From assembly GCA_031275485.1 (NCBI GenBank), contig JAISOS010000007.1, positions 2,618 through 66,617 of the forward strand: a DNA stretch of 64,000 nt, given 5' to 3'. The stretch is from Clostridiales bacterium (lineage in GTDB: Bacteria > Bacillota > Clostridia > Christensenellales > JAISNN01). Within the stretch, counting starts at the first letter, position 1; each line of letters starts with the position of its first letter. The position numbers and the translations under genes are program-made. The notes under the pieces were generated by a model. The model was not told where the DNA came from and searched no databases. It worked only from the letters and a program-made list of their open reading frames with translations. Below are positions 10,931 to 21,213 of the stretch, one piece after another.

Positions 10931-11725
10931 TCATTTAGCCTTTTCCAGACATTCCGCTAAAAATTCGCGACCTTTCGTTATCTCGCCGTAGTCACCGTAG
11001 TTTCCGCTGTACAGTTCCATAAGCACGGGTCCGCCGTAACCGCAGTCTTTCAGCCGCTTAAAGAAAGTCACGAAATCAAAACAGCCGCTACCGGGCACGC
11101 AAAGCCTGTCGCCGTCGTAGTCGCAGACGTGCACGTTGACCAACCTGCCGCCCATAACCTTCAAATATTCCGTATAAGGAATTTTCGACTGCATCGCCTG
11201 CTTTATATCCAGACACGCTTTCAAAGCGGGCGCCTCCCGTTTCAAATTCAAAAAGTATTCCGGCGTCGAGAAGTACGTCCAATGCACGTTTTCGTAGGCA
11301 AGCTCCGCGCCGTAGCCGCCTATAATATCGCACAAATTGCGCGTGCGCTCGCCCAGGTATTTGAAGTCGAAATTATACGCCGTACGCTTCAAAAGGGCCG
11401 GACCGTGAAAGGTATAGTACCTCGCCGAAAAGGCTTTCGCGGCATAGCAAAGTTTGCGGTAAAAAACCTCAGCGTCTCCTCTTGTGCGCGGATTGACGTT
11501 GTACAACTCAGGCTCGTAATGCTGATTTAAGGAATGAACGGAAAATGCCTCGACGCCGCTCTCCTTTCGCCGCAACTCCGCCCCGTCGACAAATTCCTTT
11601 TCGTATTCCGAAAACGTCGTCAGGAATATTTCGGTCAGATTAAATCCTAAGCTCTTCATAAGCCGGAACGAATTTTCCGTAACCTCTTTATTAAAAAACG
11701 ACGCCGTACTAATGCCGATTTCCAT
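10931..11725 (-). CDS. Sugar-phosphate isomerase/epimerase family (xylose isomerase-like TIM barrel)
   Basis: YENV, CLDIKQ, VHVCD, PGSGCFDF and GPVLMELY metal-binding pattern. Confidence 0.8.
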   Translation of the reverse strand: MEIGISTASFFNKEVTENSFRLMKSLGFNLTEIFLTTFSEYEKEFVDGAELRRKESGVEAFSVHSLNQHYEPELYNVNPRTRGDAEVFYRKLCYAAKAFSARYYTFHGPALLKRTAYNFDFKYLGERTRNLCDIIGGYGAELAYENVHWTYFSTPEYFLNLKREAPALKACLDIKQAMQSKIPYTEYLKVMGGRLVNVHVCDYDGDRLCVPGSGCFDFVTFFKRLKDCGYGGPVLMELYSGNYGDYGEITKGREFLAECLEKAK

Positions 11726-11761
11726 TTTAAATTTCCCCTTTTTTAGTAAACGGAGATTTTA

Positions 11762-12234
11762 TACGGGGAGAACCTTTTTTCACGAAAGGTCTCCTCCCCA
11801 CGCCTCTTTCCTAAAAATTTCAATGATACGTTATCCCGTTAAACTTTCAAATTACGCAACGTAATTTGAAAGCAATTTGAAGTTTGCTTCAAACTCGGCG
11901 GCCCCCCCGCTTTTTAACGCCGTCACGGTGAAAAAACCGTAAAACGCTTTGCATTTTACGGCCGCGTTATTGCGACCGTGTAAACTCTGCGAATCGCGTA
12001 ATTTAAAAGTTTATTCGCCGTATTACCGCGCAAAAAAACGCGGCGTTTATGTTTTTTTACAAGCTCCCGCAACAAAGTCCGATGCCGCCGCAAAACATCG
12101 CCGCAGTATTTCTTTAATTTTCGTAAACGCCGCCGAAACGTTCTATTTTAGCGGAACGTTAAAATATTAAAGTTTTTTGGAAAGGGATGCGCGGATGAGA
12201 TGGATCTTTTGTGAATAAAAGGTTTCACGCGCAT
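11762..12234. repeat. REPIN-like composite: inverted family A pair (11762-11823, 12167-12234) enclosing a family E element (11840-12013)
   Basis: Two family A copies with tails pointing inward; the inner element has 18-bp TIRs. Confidence 0.8.
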
Positions 12235-12582
12235 AAATTTAAAAAAAGCCGCTTACGGATATAGACCCCGAAACGGCTGAAACCTTTATATAGTGATTAC
12301 GCCTTTCAACCGCACCGCGCGCATGGTTTAAGCCGCATAAAACGCGGTTGCAAAAAGCTTTGTTTTCTGCGCGTAATCGCTTCGAACGGTGTTAAACCGG
12401 CGAGAAAACTGCCGCGCCGTTCTTAAAAAACGACGCTTCCAAATCGACCCGTTTAATCCGAAAGCTTAACGGGTATATAAAAAATGCGACCGAACGGCGT
12501 TAAAGCGCGCGTACCGCCGAGCTTCCGTTTCCGCGAAACACCTCCCCGTTATTTTTTCGGACCTAAACGGATTGACGATCCC

Positions 12583-12867
12583 TTACTCGCCCTTGAACGG
12601 CAAAAGCGCCATAATCCTCGCGCGCTTTATGGCTTCCGCCAAAATCCTCTGATGCTTAGCGCAGGTTCCCGTCATTCTTCTCGGCGTCATCTTGCCCTTT
12701 TCCGTCGTAAATTTTTTCAATTTTACGACGTCCTTATAATCGATCTCGTCGATTTTTTCCGCACAAAACGCGCATACCTTTTTTTTCGGGATGCGCTTCA
12801 ACGGACGCTTCAAGTCCTTGCCCGCTCCCGCCGCGGCGGGAGCGCCGCCGTTATTAATCTCACTCAT
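12583..12867 (-). CDS. rpsR: 30S ribosomal protein S18
   Basis: [39 protein letters not shown]. Confidence 0.97.
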   Translation of the reverse strand: MSEINNGGAPAAAGAGKDLKRPLKRIPKKKVCAFCAEKIDEIDYKDVVKLKKFTTEKGKMTPRRMTGTCAKHQRILAEAIKRARIMALLPFKGE

Positions 12868-13292
12868 TTAAAATCCCCTTATCTTAATAAAATTAAAACT
12901 AAAATTTATTTAAAATACGTACGCTACGATTTTTTCACTCAGCTAATGCGGATAAAAAACGGAGACCGTATTCGCCGATATAAATCCTAATTGCAAAACC
13001 GTCCTTAAAAGCGGGCGCATTACCCGCCCGCCGCGAAAACGCGCACGAAACGGGCGCTAACTCGTCTTTGCCGTAAATTATAATCAAACCGTATTCGAAA
13101 CGAATATACGACCGGTTACGCCTCTAAATCGCGCCGTATACAATGCGGCTTGCGGAAATTTTTACTTTTAATCCGCCGTAACGATATTAAACCGACGAGA
13201 AACCGCCCCGTCCCCTTAAATGTGGCGCTTTCAAACCGGACGCCGTCCGGTTCGAGGGTTTAATAATTATAGACGCCGCCGCAAACCCGCTC

Positions 13293-13715
13293 TTAAAAAG
13301 GCAGGTCGTCCTCGACCGGTCTAAGCTCGGTTTTGCGTTCGCTATGCTGCGGAGGAGGCTGCGGCGCGTCGTCGTCCGACGCCTGCTCGGCAAAGCTCTC
13401 TCTCGTGCTCAAAAACTGCACCTCGTCGGCTATAATCTCGGTCACATACCGCTTAGAGCCGTCCTGCGCGTCGTAGCTTCTGGTCTGAACCGCGCCCACG
13501 ACGGCCGCCTTGTTGCCCTTTTTGAGATACTTCGCGCAATTATCCGCTTGATTTCTCCATACTATAATCGGAAAGAAATCCGTTTCTCTTGTGCCGTCGG
13601 CGTTTTGAAAACGCCTCGTAACGGCAAGCGTGAATTTACAAAACGAAACGCCCGAGGTCGTCACGGACAATTCCGGATCCTTAGTCAAATTACCGATCAA
13701 ACAAACCTTATTCAT
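13293..13715 (-). CDS. ssb: Single-stranded DNA-binding protein
   Basis: MNKVCLIGNLTKDPEL N-terminus, DDLPF tail, rpsF-ssb-rpsR synteny. Confidence 0.96.
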   Translation of the reverse strand: MNKVCLIGNLTKDPELSVTTSGVSFCKFTLAVTRRFQNADGTRETDFFPIIVWRNQADNCAKYLKKGNKAAVVGAVQTRSYDAQDGSKRYVTEIIADEVQFLSTRESFAEQASDDDAPQPPPQHSERKTELRPVEDDLPF

Positions 13716-13904
13716 AAAGCCGTTATTCCTCCCGCTTTTTTTCACTCATTTTTCCGACGACGCCGCCCGTGCAGTCCCGAAATTTTTGTAAAACTACCGC
13801 CGAACAAGCCTTATTTAAGGCCGCTCTTTCTCTTATGTTTCTAACTTTTTAAACGCTTTTTACAAAACAGCTCTTACTCTCTTTTTAATTTTTCCGACCG
13901 TCGT

Positions 13905-14186
13905 TTACTTCTTTAAAATCATTTTTCTGACAAAGCCGTCCGTGATTTGCATCTGCCGTTCCAGCTCACGCGGAACGGACGGTTCCGATATAAAGTTCAT
14001 CAGAACATAATAGCCTTCCGTCTTGTAGCCGATAGGGTAGGCGTATTTTCTCGCCCCCCATTTATCCACAGACTCGACGATTCCGCCGGACGTTTCGACA
14101 ATCGCTTTGAATTTATCGACCAACGCCGCCTTTTGCTCGTCGCTCAGCTCGTTCTGAATAATATACAATACCTCGTACTTATTCAC
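13905..14186 (-). CDS. rpsF: 30S ribosomal protein S6
   Basis: MNKYEVLYII, WGARKYAYPI, EGYYVLMNF; GTG start after AGGAGG. Confidence 0.96.
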   Translation of the reverse strand: MNKYEVLYIIQNELSDEQKAALVDKFKAIVETSGGIVESVDKWGARKYAYPIGYKTEGYYVLMNFISEPSVPRELERQMQITDGFVRKMILKK

Positions 14187-14191
14187 CGTAA

Positions 14192-14240
14192 TACCTCCTT
14201 TTGGACTTTTGATTCGCCGCGCTAAACGGCGAATAAGGAA
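14192..14240 (-). promoter_or_regulatory. Probable S6:S18 autoregulatory leader
   Basis: Minus-strand UUCCUU-hairpin-...GUCC-AAAAGGAGG; the 5' arm can pair with the rpsF SD and a CC bulge is present, as in known S6:S18 leaders. Confidence 0.55.
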
Positions 14241-14426
14241 ATTTTTCCCGTAGCCGACCGGGAAAATAAAAAATCATTTTCGGTAATCGGACGGAGACAA
14301 GAAAATTTTACTGATATATTATATAATAACGGCTAAATAAAGTAAAGCAAAAACGCGCGGCAAAATCAAAATATTATTTTACAATAAAAAAATACAAGCG
14401 ATTTACCGATTTATACGGTAAAACTG

Positions 14427-14455
14427 TTGCATTTCTTTCGTAATAATGATAAAAT
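14427..14455 (+). promoter_or_regulatory. sigma-A promoter of rpmB
   Basis: TTGCAT-17 nt-TAAAAT with TGn extension. Confidence 0.6.
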
Positions 14456-14501
14456 AATTTGCACGCTTTTAAAAACGCGTAAAAAACGGAGGGAATTTTA
14501 T

Positions 14502-14684
14502 ATGTCGAGATTATGTAGCGTCTGCCAAAGAGGACAAATGACGGGCAATAAAGTCAGCCACAGTAACAGAAAAGCCAGAAGAGTCTGGAATGTCAACCTG
14601 CAAAAAGTTAAACTCAAAGGCGTAAACGGCAAGGTTTACGTCTGCACCAAATGTATGAAAAGCGGCAAAATCGAAAGGGCGTAA
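14502..14684 (+). CDS. rpmB: 50S ribosomal protein L28
   Basis: MSRLCSVC...GNKVSHSNRKARRVWNVNLQ...VCTKC; GGAGG RBS. Confidence 0.96.
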   Translation: MSRLCSVCQRGQMTGNKVSHSNRKARRVWNVNLQKVKLKGVNGKVYVCTKCMKSGKIERA

Positions 14685-14764
14685 ACGGTTTCGCCGTTTG
14701 CGGTAATTTTATTTTTTTATAAAAATTACGCGGAAAAATTTTTTTCTTTTTCTTTAAAAAAAAT

Positions 14765-14830
14765 TACGCGGGGGAAATCTTTTGTGAACAAAAAGATTTC
14801 CCCCGCGTCCCTTTTCAAAAAAAACTCTAA
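14765..14830 (-). repeat. REP-like family A copy
   Basis: acgcgggggaaatctttt gtgaaca aaaagatttcccccgcgt plus tail, downstream of rpmB. Confidence 0.9.
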
Positions 14831-15228
14831 TGTTTCTTATAGTTTTATATAGGTCGGGCACCGCCGTTAAGTTTTTTTTTTACGAAAGACAAATAAAGAT
14901 AAGTATCGGACCTTTTTCAAAACTTGACTGCGACCAGCCGGTACGTTTTTGAATAATCTATTATGGAAAGCGGTATCGTTTTCGGTTGTTTTGCCGTTCC
15001 AATCCCCTTTTCCGTATCGTTTTTCACGTTATTTTCGTTGTTTTTTACACTTTTTTCACGCTGTTTTATCGCTTTTTTGTTTTTCCGACGGAATATTTTT
15101 TCGTATTACGCTTATACTAATTCTAAAAATACGCCGCAAAAAACGGGTTAAATTTCAATTTATATATAAAAAACATTCCGTAAAAAACGTATAAAATTTA
15201 CGCGGAATTCGAAAAAAAAGGTGATAAT

Positions 15229-15918
15229 ATGTTTTTTTATTCTTCGGAACCGCCCATATGTAATTCGGCTTACATTTCCGATTATTTTCCCGGCGAAATC
15301 GCGGCGCGGTATTCCGCGATTTACGACCGAAATTCCGATTTTTATATTAATCCGACCGAACCCGATAGAATCGGTTTAAATCCGAATAATCCTAAGAAAA
15401 CCGACTTAAACTCCGATAAAATAAACTTAAATTCCGATAATGCGGCGGCAAGCGCGCCCGTTACGCGCGTCGTTTCGCTTAAAGATCTCAATAATCGCGC
15501 GAACGCGTCCGACGAACGCGGCATTTCGTACAAGGTAACTTACGAACAAAACGGCGTTTTGAGTTTTTACCGCGACGAATACGTCTATAAGGACGGCGAC
15601 GCTCACGGTTTAACGACGCGCACCTCGAAAACCGTCGATTTGAACGATTGCAAAACGCTGACGCTCGACGATTTTTTCAAAACCCGGAAGGAGCGCGGCG
15701 CGTTGCTCGACGCGATTACGCGGCAAGCGGAACAAAACGCAAAGTCTAATTCCGTCGTCTATTTCGAGAATTACAAGCGGCTGATAAAAGAAAAATTCAA
15801 GCCCGATAATTTCTACCTTTCCGGCGATAAAGTCGTAATATACTACCAACAATACGATATCGCGCCTTATTCGTCGGGTATAATTGAATTTTCCGTGCCG
15901 TATAAGGCGGCGCGCTAA
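15229..15918 (+). CDS. DUF3298/DUF4163 (RsiV/PdaC-like) domain protein
   Basis: GDAHG, LTLDDFF, NFYL...VIYYQQYDIAPYSSGIIEF motifs typical of DUF3298. Confidence 0.8.
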   Translation: MFFYSSEPPICNSAYISDYFPGEIAARYSAIYDRNSDFYINPTEPDRIGLNPNNPKKTDLNSDKINLNSDNAAASAPVTRVVSLKDLNNRANASDERGISYKVTYEQNGVLSFYRDEYVYKDGDAHGLTTRTSKTVDLNDCKTLTLDDFFKTRKERGALLDAITRQAEQNAKSNSVVYFENYKRLIKEKFKPDNFYLSGDKVVIYYQQYDIAPYSSGIIEFSVPYKAAR

Positions 15919-15971
15919 CCGAATAAAGCGTATTATGCTATTTTACGCGGCGCCGCATTTGAAAACATTGA

Positions 15972-16127
15972 CGTGTTCGCGCAAACGAAAACGGAAGGAT
16001 TTAGGGCGGTTCCCGCGCCTTTCGAAGCGTTCAACGACGCGCACCTCCGCATGAGGAAAAAACAACGCCGAACGGTGACAAATAAGCGTCAAAACGCGCC
16101 GTTTGCGCTTTTATGTGAACGCACCTC
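15972..16127 (+). mobile_element. MITE-like family C copy
   Basis: cgtgttcgcgcaaacgaaaacgg...ttatgtgaacgcacc. Confidence 0.8.
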
Positions 16128-16147
16128 CGCAAAAAAGCTTTCCTCCG

Positions 16148-17335
16148 TCAAAGAAATTCCGTAAGAACAGAATTTAAGACGTAGAAATACTTACCTTTGA
16201 CCGCTATGTTTTCGCCTTTAAAGCTAAAACAGCGGTCTAATTTTTTTAATGCTGCGGCGTATTTTTCGCGGAAATTTATTCCGAATTCTTTCTCGGTTTC
16301 GGATACGGAAATTCCGTCGCTAAGGCGCAGACCCAACATAATTTTCTCGAAAAGCGCGTCGTCCGCCGATATTTTCCGTCGATTTCCGGCGGCTAATAAT
16401 CCCGCGCTTACGGCGAATGGCCGTTCCGTATTTTCAGCGGCGCGCGATTCCGCGTTCACGGCGGCGGCGTATGCGTCCAAATCCGGCGGATTCTCGAACC
16501 TTTCGCCGTTCATAAAGGAATGAGCCGCCGCGCCCAGACCCAGATACTCGCCTCTTTTCCAATAGTTGAGGTTGTGCCGCGACCGATAACCGCGTTTCGC
16601 GAAATTGCTCACCTCGTAGCGTTCTATGCCGCGCTTTTTCAATTCCTTTAAAACCAGACCGTAATAACCGCTCGCCGTGTCGTCGTCGGGCAGATTCACG
16701 CGTCCCGCTACGGCGGCGGCGCAGAGGGGCGTGTTTTCCTCGATCTTCAAAGCATACGCTGAAATGTGCTTGACGCCGAAACTCGATACCGTCGCAAGCG
16801 TGCGTTCCAGATCGTCCCCGTTCTCGCCGGGCAGACCGAGCATAATGTCGGCGCTGAAATTGTCGAAAATCTCCGCGACGCGCCTCAGCGCGGCGAGATT
16901 ATCCGCCGGAGTTTGCGCCCGTCCGATTTTTTTCAGCGTGCCGCCGTTCATCGTCTGTATACCGACGCTTACGCGGTTCACGCCCTCGTCTCTCAAAAAA
17001 AGCAGTCTTTTTATATCGACGAAATCGGACGGATTGCCCTCGACGGTTATCTCCGCGCCGCCGTCTATTTTGAAATTCTTATGCAACGCCGAAAACACCC
17101 TCTCGAAATTTTCGCGGCCAAGAAGCGAGGGCGTGCCGCCGCCAAAATAAACCGTGTCGAACGCAGTATCTTTGACCGCAACGCTTTGCAATTCCGCCTC
17201 GCGCTCCAAAAGTTTCGCGTAACCGTCGAAACGTTCCGCATAATCGCCGCCGCTTTTTAGGAACGGAACAGAATAAAAACCGCAGTACGCGCATTTTTTT
17301 TTGCAAAACGGAATATGAATATAAATTCCCGGCAT
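16148..17335 (-). CDS. hemW: Radical SAM heme chaperone HemW (HemN-like)
   Basis: YIHIPFCxxxCxYC, YFGGGTPS, YEVSNF and HNLNYW motifs. Confidence 0.92.
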   Translation of the reverse strand: MPGIYIHIPFCKKKCAYCGFYSVPFLKSGGDYAERFDGYAKLLEREAELQSVAVKDTAFDTVYFGGGTPSLLGRENFERVFSALHKNFKIDGGAEITVEGNPSDFVDIKRLLFLRDEGVNRVSVGIQTMNGGTLKKIGRAQTPADNLAALRRVAEIFDNFSADIMLGLPGENGDDLERTLATVSSFGVKHISAYALKIEENTPLCAAAVAGRVNLPDDDTASGYYGLVLKELKKRGIERYEVSNFAKRGYRSRHNLNYWKRGEYLGLGAAAHSFMNGERFENPPDLDAYAAAVNAESRAAENTERPFAVSAGLLAAGNRRKISADDALFEKIMLGLRLSDGISVSETEKEFGINFREKYAAALKKLDRCFSFKGENIAVKGKYFYVLNSVLTEFL

Positions 17336-17623
17336 CTTTCTTACGCTGCCGCTCCTTTTAATTTAATCGTAAAGCCGCTTTCATTTATACGTACGGATTA
17401 TTATCCGTACGTTATTAAAACCGGCGTAGATCGCCCTCGCCGTATTTTCGACGGCGTTTCCCTGTCCGACGTTGTCGGATTTGAACGTTTAACGAGTATA
17501 AATTCGGTTTTCCCGCTATTGCGTCGCCGTATATTAAACTTTTCCGCCGCACGGTTTATTTATTGCAACCGTCATCCGCATCCGCTATTACTATCCCTCT
17601 TTCTAAAAAAACAAAAAATCCCT

Positions 17624-19924
17624 CTACCTAAGCTCCGAACGTCTTATTTTTCCGCTTATGGTTTTCGGAAGTTCCGGAACAAAATCGACGACGCGCGGGT
17701 ATTTATACGGCGCGGTATGTTTTTTCACGTATTCTTGCACCTCTTTTTTGAGCGCGTCGCTCGGCTGCGCGCCCTTAGTCAGCACGACGGAGGCTTTGAC
17801 CAACTGTCCGCGAGTGCCCTCGGGGTCGGGTATGCCCGTAACGGCGCATTCCAGAACGTAAGGCAACTCCATTATTACGCTTTCAATTTCAAAAGGTCCG
17901 ATTCTGTAACCCGAGCTTTTGATGAGATCGTCGGTTCTGCCCACGTACCAATAGTAGCCGTCCTCGTCTTTCCACGCCATATCGCCCGTATGATAGACGC
18001 CGCCGCTCCACGCCGCCGCAGTCTTTTCAGGGTCGAGATAGTAGCCGTTAAACAGCCCTATCGGCTTCGCGGCGTCAGTGCGCAACACAATCTCGCCCAC
18101 CTCGCCCACCTTTGCGGACGCGCCGTCGACGCTTATTATGTCTATGTTATACTGCGGCGTAGGCTTGCCCATCGAAGCGGGTTTGGGCTCCATACCCGCG
18201 AGCGTCGCGACCGTCAGGGTGGTCTCGGTTTGCCCGTAGCCCTCCGCAAGTTTCAAGCCCGTGGCCTTGTAGAACTGCTCGAAAACCTCGGGGTTCAACG
18301 CCTCACCCGCCGTCGTCGCGTGTTTGAGAGAGGAGAGGTCGTAGTTTTTCAAGTCCTCTTTGATGAAAAATCTGTACATAGTGGGCGGCGCGCAGAACGT
18401 CGTAATGCCGTAATTTTTGAATAGCGGCAGAATGTCCTGCGCCTCGAAGCGGTCAAAATCATAGGTAAAAACCGCAGCCTCGCACAGCCACTGCCCGTAC
18501 AGCTTGCCCCAAACGGCTTTGCCCCATCCGGTGTCGGAAATCGTGAAATGCAAGCCGTCGGGATCAACGTTGTGCCAGTATTTCGCGGTGACGAAATGCC
18601 CGAGCGCGTATGTGAACGGCTGGGCGGCTATCTTCGGATAGCCCGTCGTGCCCGACGTGAAATACATAAGCATACTGTCGTTATAGCAGTTTACGTCTCC
18701 GTCTCCGGACGGCCTTTCAAATTTAGCGGAAGCGGCGGCAAGTCCCTCGTCGTAGTCGGGAAAATTGAGCCCTTTCTTTTTTCCGCCCGAGATTACGATA
18801 TTCTCGACGGTAGGACTATTCGGGAGAGCCAAAGCCGCCTGACGCGCCGCGTCGCCGTCGCCCGTAACGACGAGTAGCTTGACTCCCGCCGCGTTAAAGC
18901 GGTACTCAAAATCCTTTCGGGTCAAAAGATCCGTCGCGGGAATCGCTGCCGCGCCTATCTTATGCAGACCCAATATCGCCGACCAGAATTGATGGCGGCG
19001 TTTCAGCACAAGCATTACCCTGTCGCCCTTCTTGACGCCCAAAGACTTAAAAAAGTTCGCGGCGCGCGCCGAGTTTTCCATCATATCGCGGAAGGTAAAC
19101 CGCCGCTCCTCCTTGTCCCCGCCCAGCCAGAGCATAGCGAGTTTGTCGGGTTTTTTTTCGCCGAGATAATCCACCACGTCGAACGCGAAATTGAAATTAT
19201 CCTTTTGTATAAACTCAATATTTTTGAGCGCGCCGTCCGCAGTTTCCTCTAACCTGACGAATTGCTCGTATACGGGCTTTTCGCCGTAACTGTATTTCGG
19301 CGTATGCTCCGCGCCGTGCGCAGTCGAAACGTGCCGCTCGACCTCGCCTATGTCCTTGCCCTTCGGCGGAATGACGACGGCTATAAACTCCGCGTCCGCG
19401 CCGTCTACGGCTATCATGCCGTGTTTTTTGCCGCTGTCGTAATAGATGCTGTCGCCCTCGTTCAAAATCTCCGTATAATTGTCGATTTGGATTTTCAGCC
19501 GCCCTTTTAGGACGTAATCGAATTCCTCGCCTTCGTGCTCTGTGACGCTTACGGGCGCGTTCTCGATAGCCTTGGAATATTTCGCCGTGACGAGATAGGG
19601 CTGCGCGATTTTTCCTTTTTTTAAGAAATTCAAATTATAATAATTGAATTCCCGCTTGGGAGGCAACGCGTCGCCCTCGCCGCGCCTAACCAATTGATAG
19701 GTGGAGAGTTTTGGCGATTCGCCTGAAATGAGGTCGGAAACGTCGATGTTGAACGCCTCCGCGCATTTAAACAGAAAGGTGAACGAAAAATCCGTTTTAC
19801 CATCCTCAGCTCTCAGATAGTCCTCAAGCGAAACGTCCGTCGCCGCCGCCATCTCCTCCGGAGACTTGCCCGTTATAAGCCTTAAATCCTTGATTCTTTC
19901 GGCAACCTGTTTGACCTTGTTCAT
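17624..19924 (-). CDS. Fusion of XRE HTH-cupin regulator domain and short/medium-chain acyl-CoA synthetase
   Basis: N-terminal IKDLR...HTH and cupin HEGEEF; C-terminal YFTSGTTGYPK, YGQTET, YHTGD, GRTDD and PKTISGKIRR. Confidence 0.9.
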   Translation of the reverse strand: MNKVKQVAERIKDLRLITGKSPEEMAAATDVSLEDYLRAEDGKTDFSFTFLFKCAEAFNIDVSDLISGESPKLSTYQLVRRGEGDALPPKREFNYYNLNFLKKGKIAQPYLVTAKYSKAIENAPVSVTEHEGEEFDYVLKGRLKIQIDNYTEILNEGDSIYYDSGKKHGMIAVDGADAEFIAVVIPPKGKDIGEVERHVSTAHGAEHTPKYSYGEKPVYEQFVRLEETADGALKNIEFIQKDNFNFAFDVVDYLGEKKPDKLAMLWLGGDKEERRFTFRDMMENSARAANFFKSLGVKKGDRVMLVLKRRHQFWSAILGLHKIGAAAIPATDLLTRKDFEYRFNAAGVKLLVVTGDGDAARQAALALPNSPTVENIVISGGKKKGLNFPDYDEGLAAASAKFERPSGDGDVNCYNDSMLMYFTSGTTGYPKIAAQPFTYALGHFVTAKYWHNVDPDGLHFTISDTGWGKAVWGKLYGQWLCEAAVFTYDFDRFEAQDILPLFKNYGITTFCAPPTMYRFFIKEDLKNYDLSSLKHATTAGEALNPEVFEQFYKATGLKLAEGYGQTETTLTVATLAGMEPKPASMGKPTPQYNIDIISVDGASAKVGEVGEIVLRTDAAKPIGLFNGYYLDPEKTAAAWSGGVYHTGDMAWKDEDGYYWYVGRTDDLIKSSGYRIGPFEIESVIMELPYVLECAVTGIPDPEGTRGQLVKASVVLTKGAQPSDALKKEVQEYVKKHTAPYKYPRVVDFVPELPKTISGKIRRSELR

Positions 19925-20027
19925 AGAAGCACCTCGATTTTTTTATTTTTTATTTTTTATTTTTATGTTATGCTTATTTCTCGTCCGCTTTGTTTTTTCA
20001 TCGTCGTTATGCGAAATGAAAACACAG

Positions 20028-20188
20028 TCGTTGCGAATCGGAATTGAGCGGAAATAAAAACTGAATTTTTTGCCGTAAAGTGAGAAAAAGGTTCTCTTTC
20101 GTATTCGGGCAATACGAAAAACGGTTATCTTTGCCGCTCGCGGCGAAAAAGGCTACAATCATCTTTTCGCGATTCCGATTCATAACGG
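20028..20188 (+). mobile_element. MITE-like family G copy
   Basis: TIR cgttgcgaatcggaatt / cgcgattccgattcataacgg; homologues at ~8820-8982 and 25275-25402. Confidence 0.75.
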
Positions 20189-20346
20189 ATATACTACCCA
20201 CGATACTTCGCTACGTTCCCTTAAAAAAGGAACTTTTACTCTAATTTTACGTTTTGCCAAAGCTCCCTTCCGAAAGTGAGCGGTCGTGCCCGCGCGGCGG
20301 AGTTTACGACAAAGGCGGCGACCGCTTTCGCGTATTTTCGCGGTAT

Positions 20347-21030
20347 AAAAAATCCCTACGCTTCTCAGAAGCATAGGGACGATTAAAAAAAATTCTAACC
20401 GCGGTACCACCCGAATTGACGCAAAAAACATGCGCCCGCTTTAAAAAGACCGGAAAACGCGCCGTATAATAAGGAACCGTTTCCGTATGCGGAAAAACCG
20501 AAAGCATACGAAATATGTATTCGCGGTAGTATACGGAACGGCACGCCGCATAAATATCCGTGCGAAACGGAAAAGCCGCACCGCAAAAAACGTCCTTATC
20601 TATACGGAAAGCGCGCCTATCACGGCGGTACGGAAAGCCCTCCCCGCAACGTGATTCTTCGCGCCGGTCTCAAGGCGTATAACGGCGCCGCCCGAAACCG
20701 CTTACTTAAAAGCCCGACTGGAATGTCCGAAGAAACGACCGCGCAAAGAGTTTAAAAATATCTCCGGCTTTTATCCTGATAAAACGCCTTTTAATATTTT
20801 GTCAACGCCCGCGCGCGACGCGTCCGACAAATATTTCCGGTTTTTTACGGTAAAAAACTGCCCGAATATTTTTCCGACGCGGCTCGTTTGTTCCTCAAAT
20901 CTCCTAAAAGACTTTGTTAGGCGGTTCTGCTAAGAAGGGATAAACGGATTTTTTTAAGCGCCGACCTTTCACCTTACGCGGCTCTCTTATGGCTTACGGC
21001 AAACCCGCCCGTGTCTTCTATTATCGCATT
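20347..21030 (-). promoter_or_regulatory. T-box riboswitch (probable Ile, AUC specifier), greatly expanded
   Basis: Stem I with AGAGA and GGUGAA motifs; stem IIA/B GCCGUUA; T-box AAUUCGGGUGGUACCGCG (20400-20417); antiterminator CGUCCC; terminator UCCCUAUGCUUC/GAAGCGUAGGGA-U6. Confidence 0.88.
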
Positions 21031-21046
21031 TATTTATATACATCAT

Positions 21047-21075
21047 ATTGTAATACAATTTTCCAATAAAGTCAA
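21047..21075 (-). promoter_or_regulatory. sigma-A promoter of the T-box leader
   Basis: TTGACT-17 nt-TACAAT just upstream of stem I. Confidence 0.75.
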
Positions 21076-21133
21076 ACGAAAATTCACCGCTTTTAAAAAA
21101 AAATTGTCAGCGTATGCGGTTTAGAAACGATCC

Positions 21134-21200
21134 GTTAAAGTTTTTTTTTGGGAAAGGGGCGCGGGAGGAACCCTTTTGTTCATAAAGGATTCCCCCCGTA
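21134..21200 (+). repeat. REP-like family A copy
   Basis: aaagtttttttttgggaaaggggcgcggg hairpin, just after the spoIVA stop. Confidence 0.85.
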
Positions 21201-21213
21201 TATTAAATAAATA

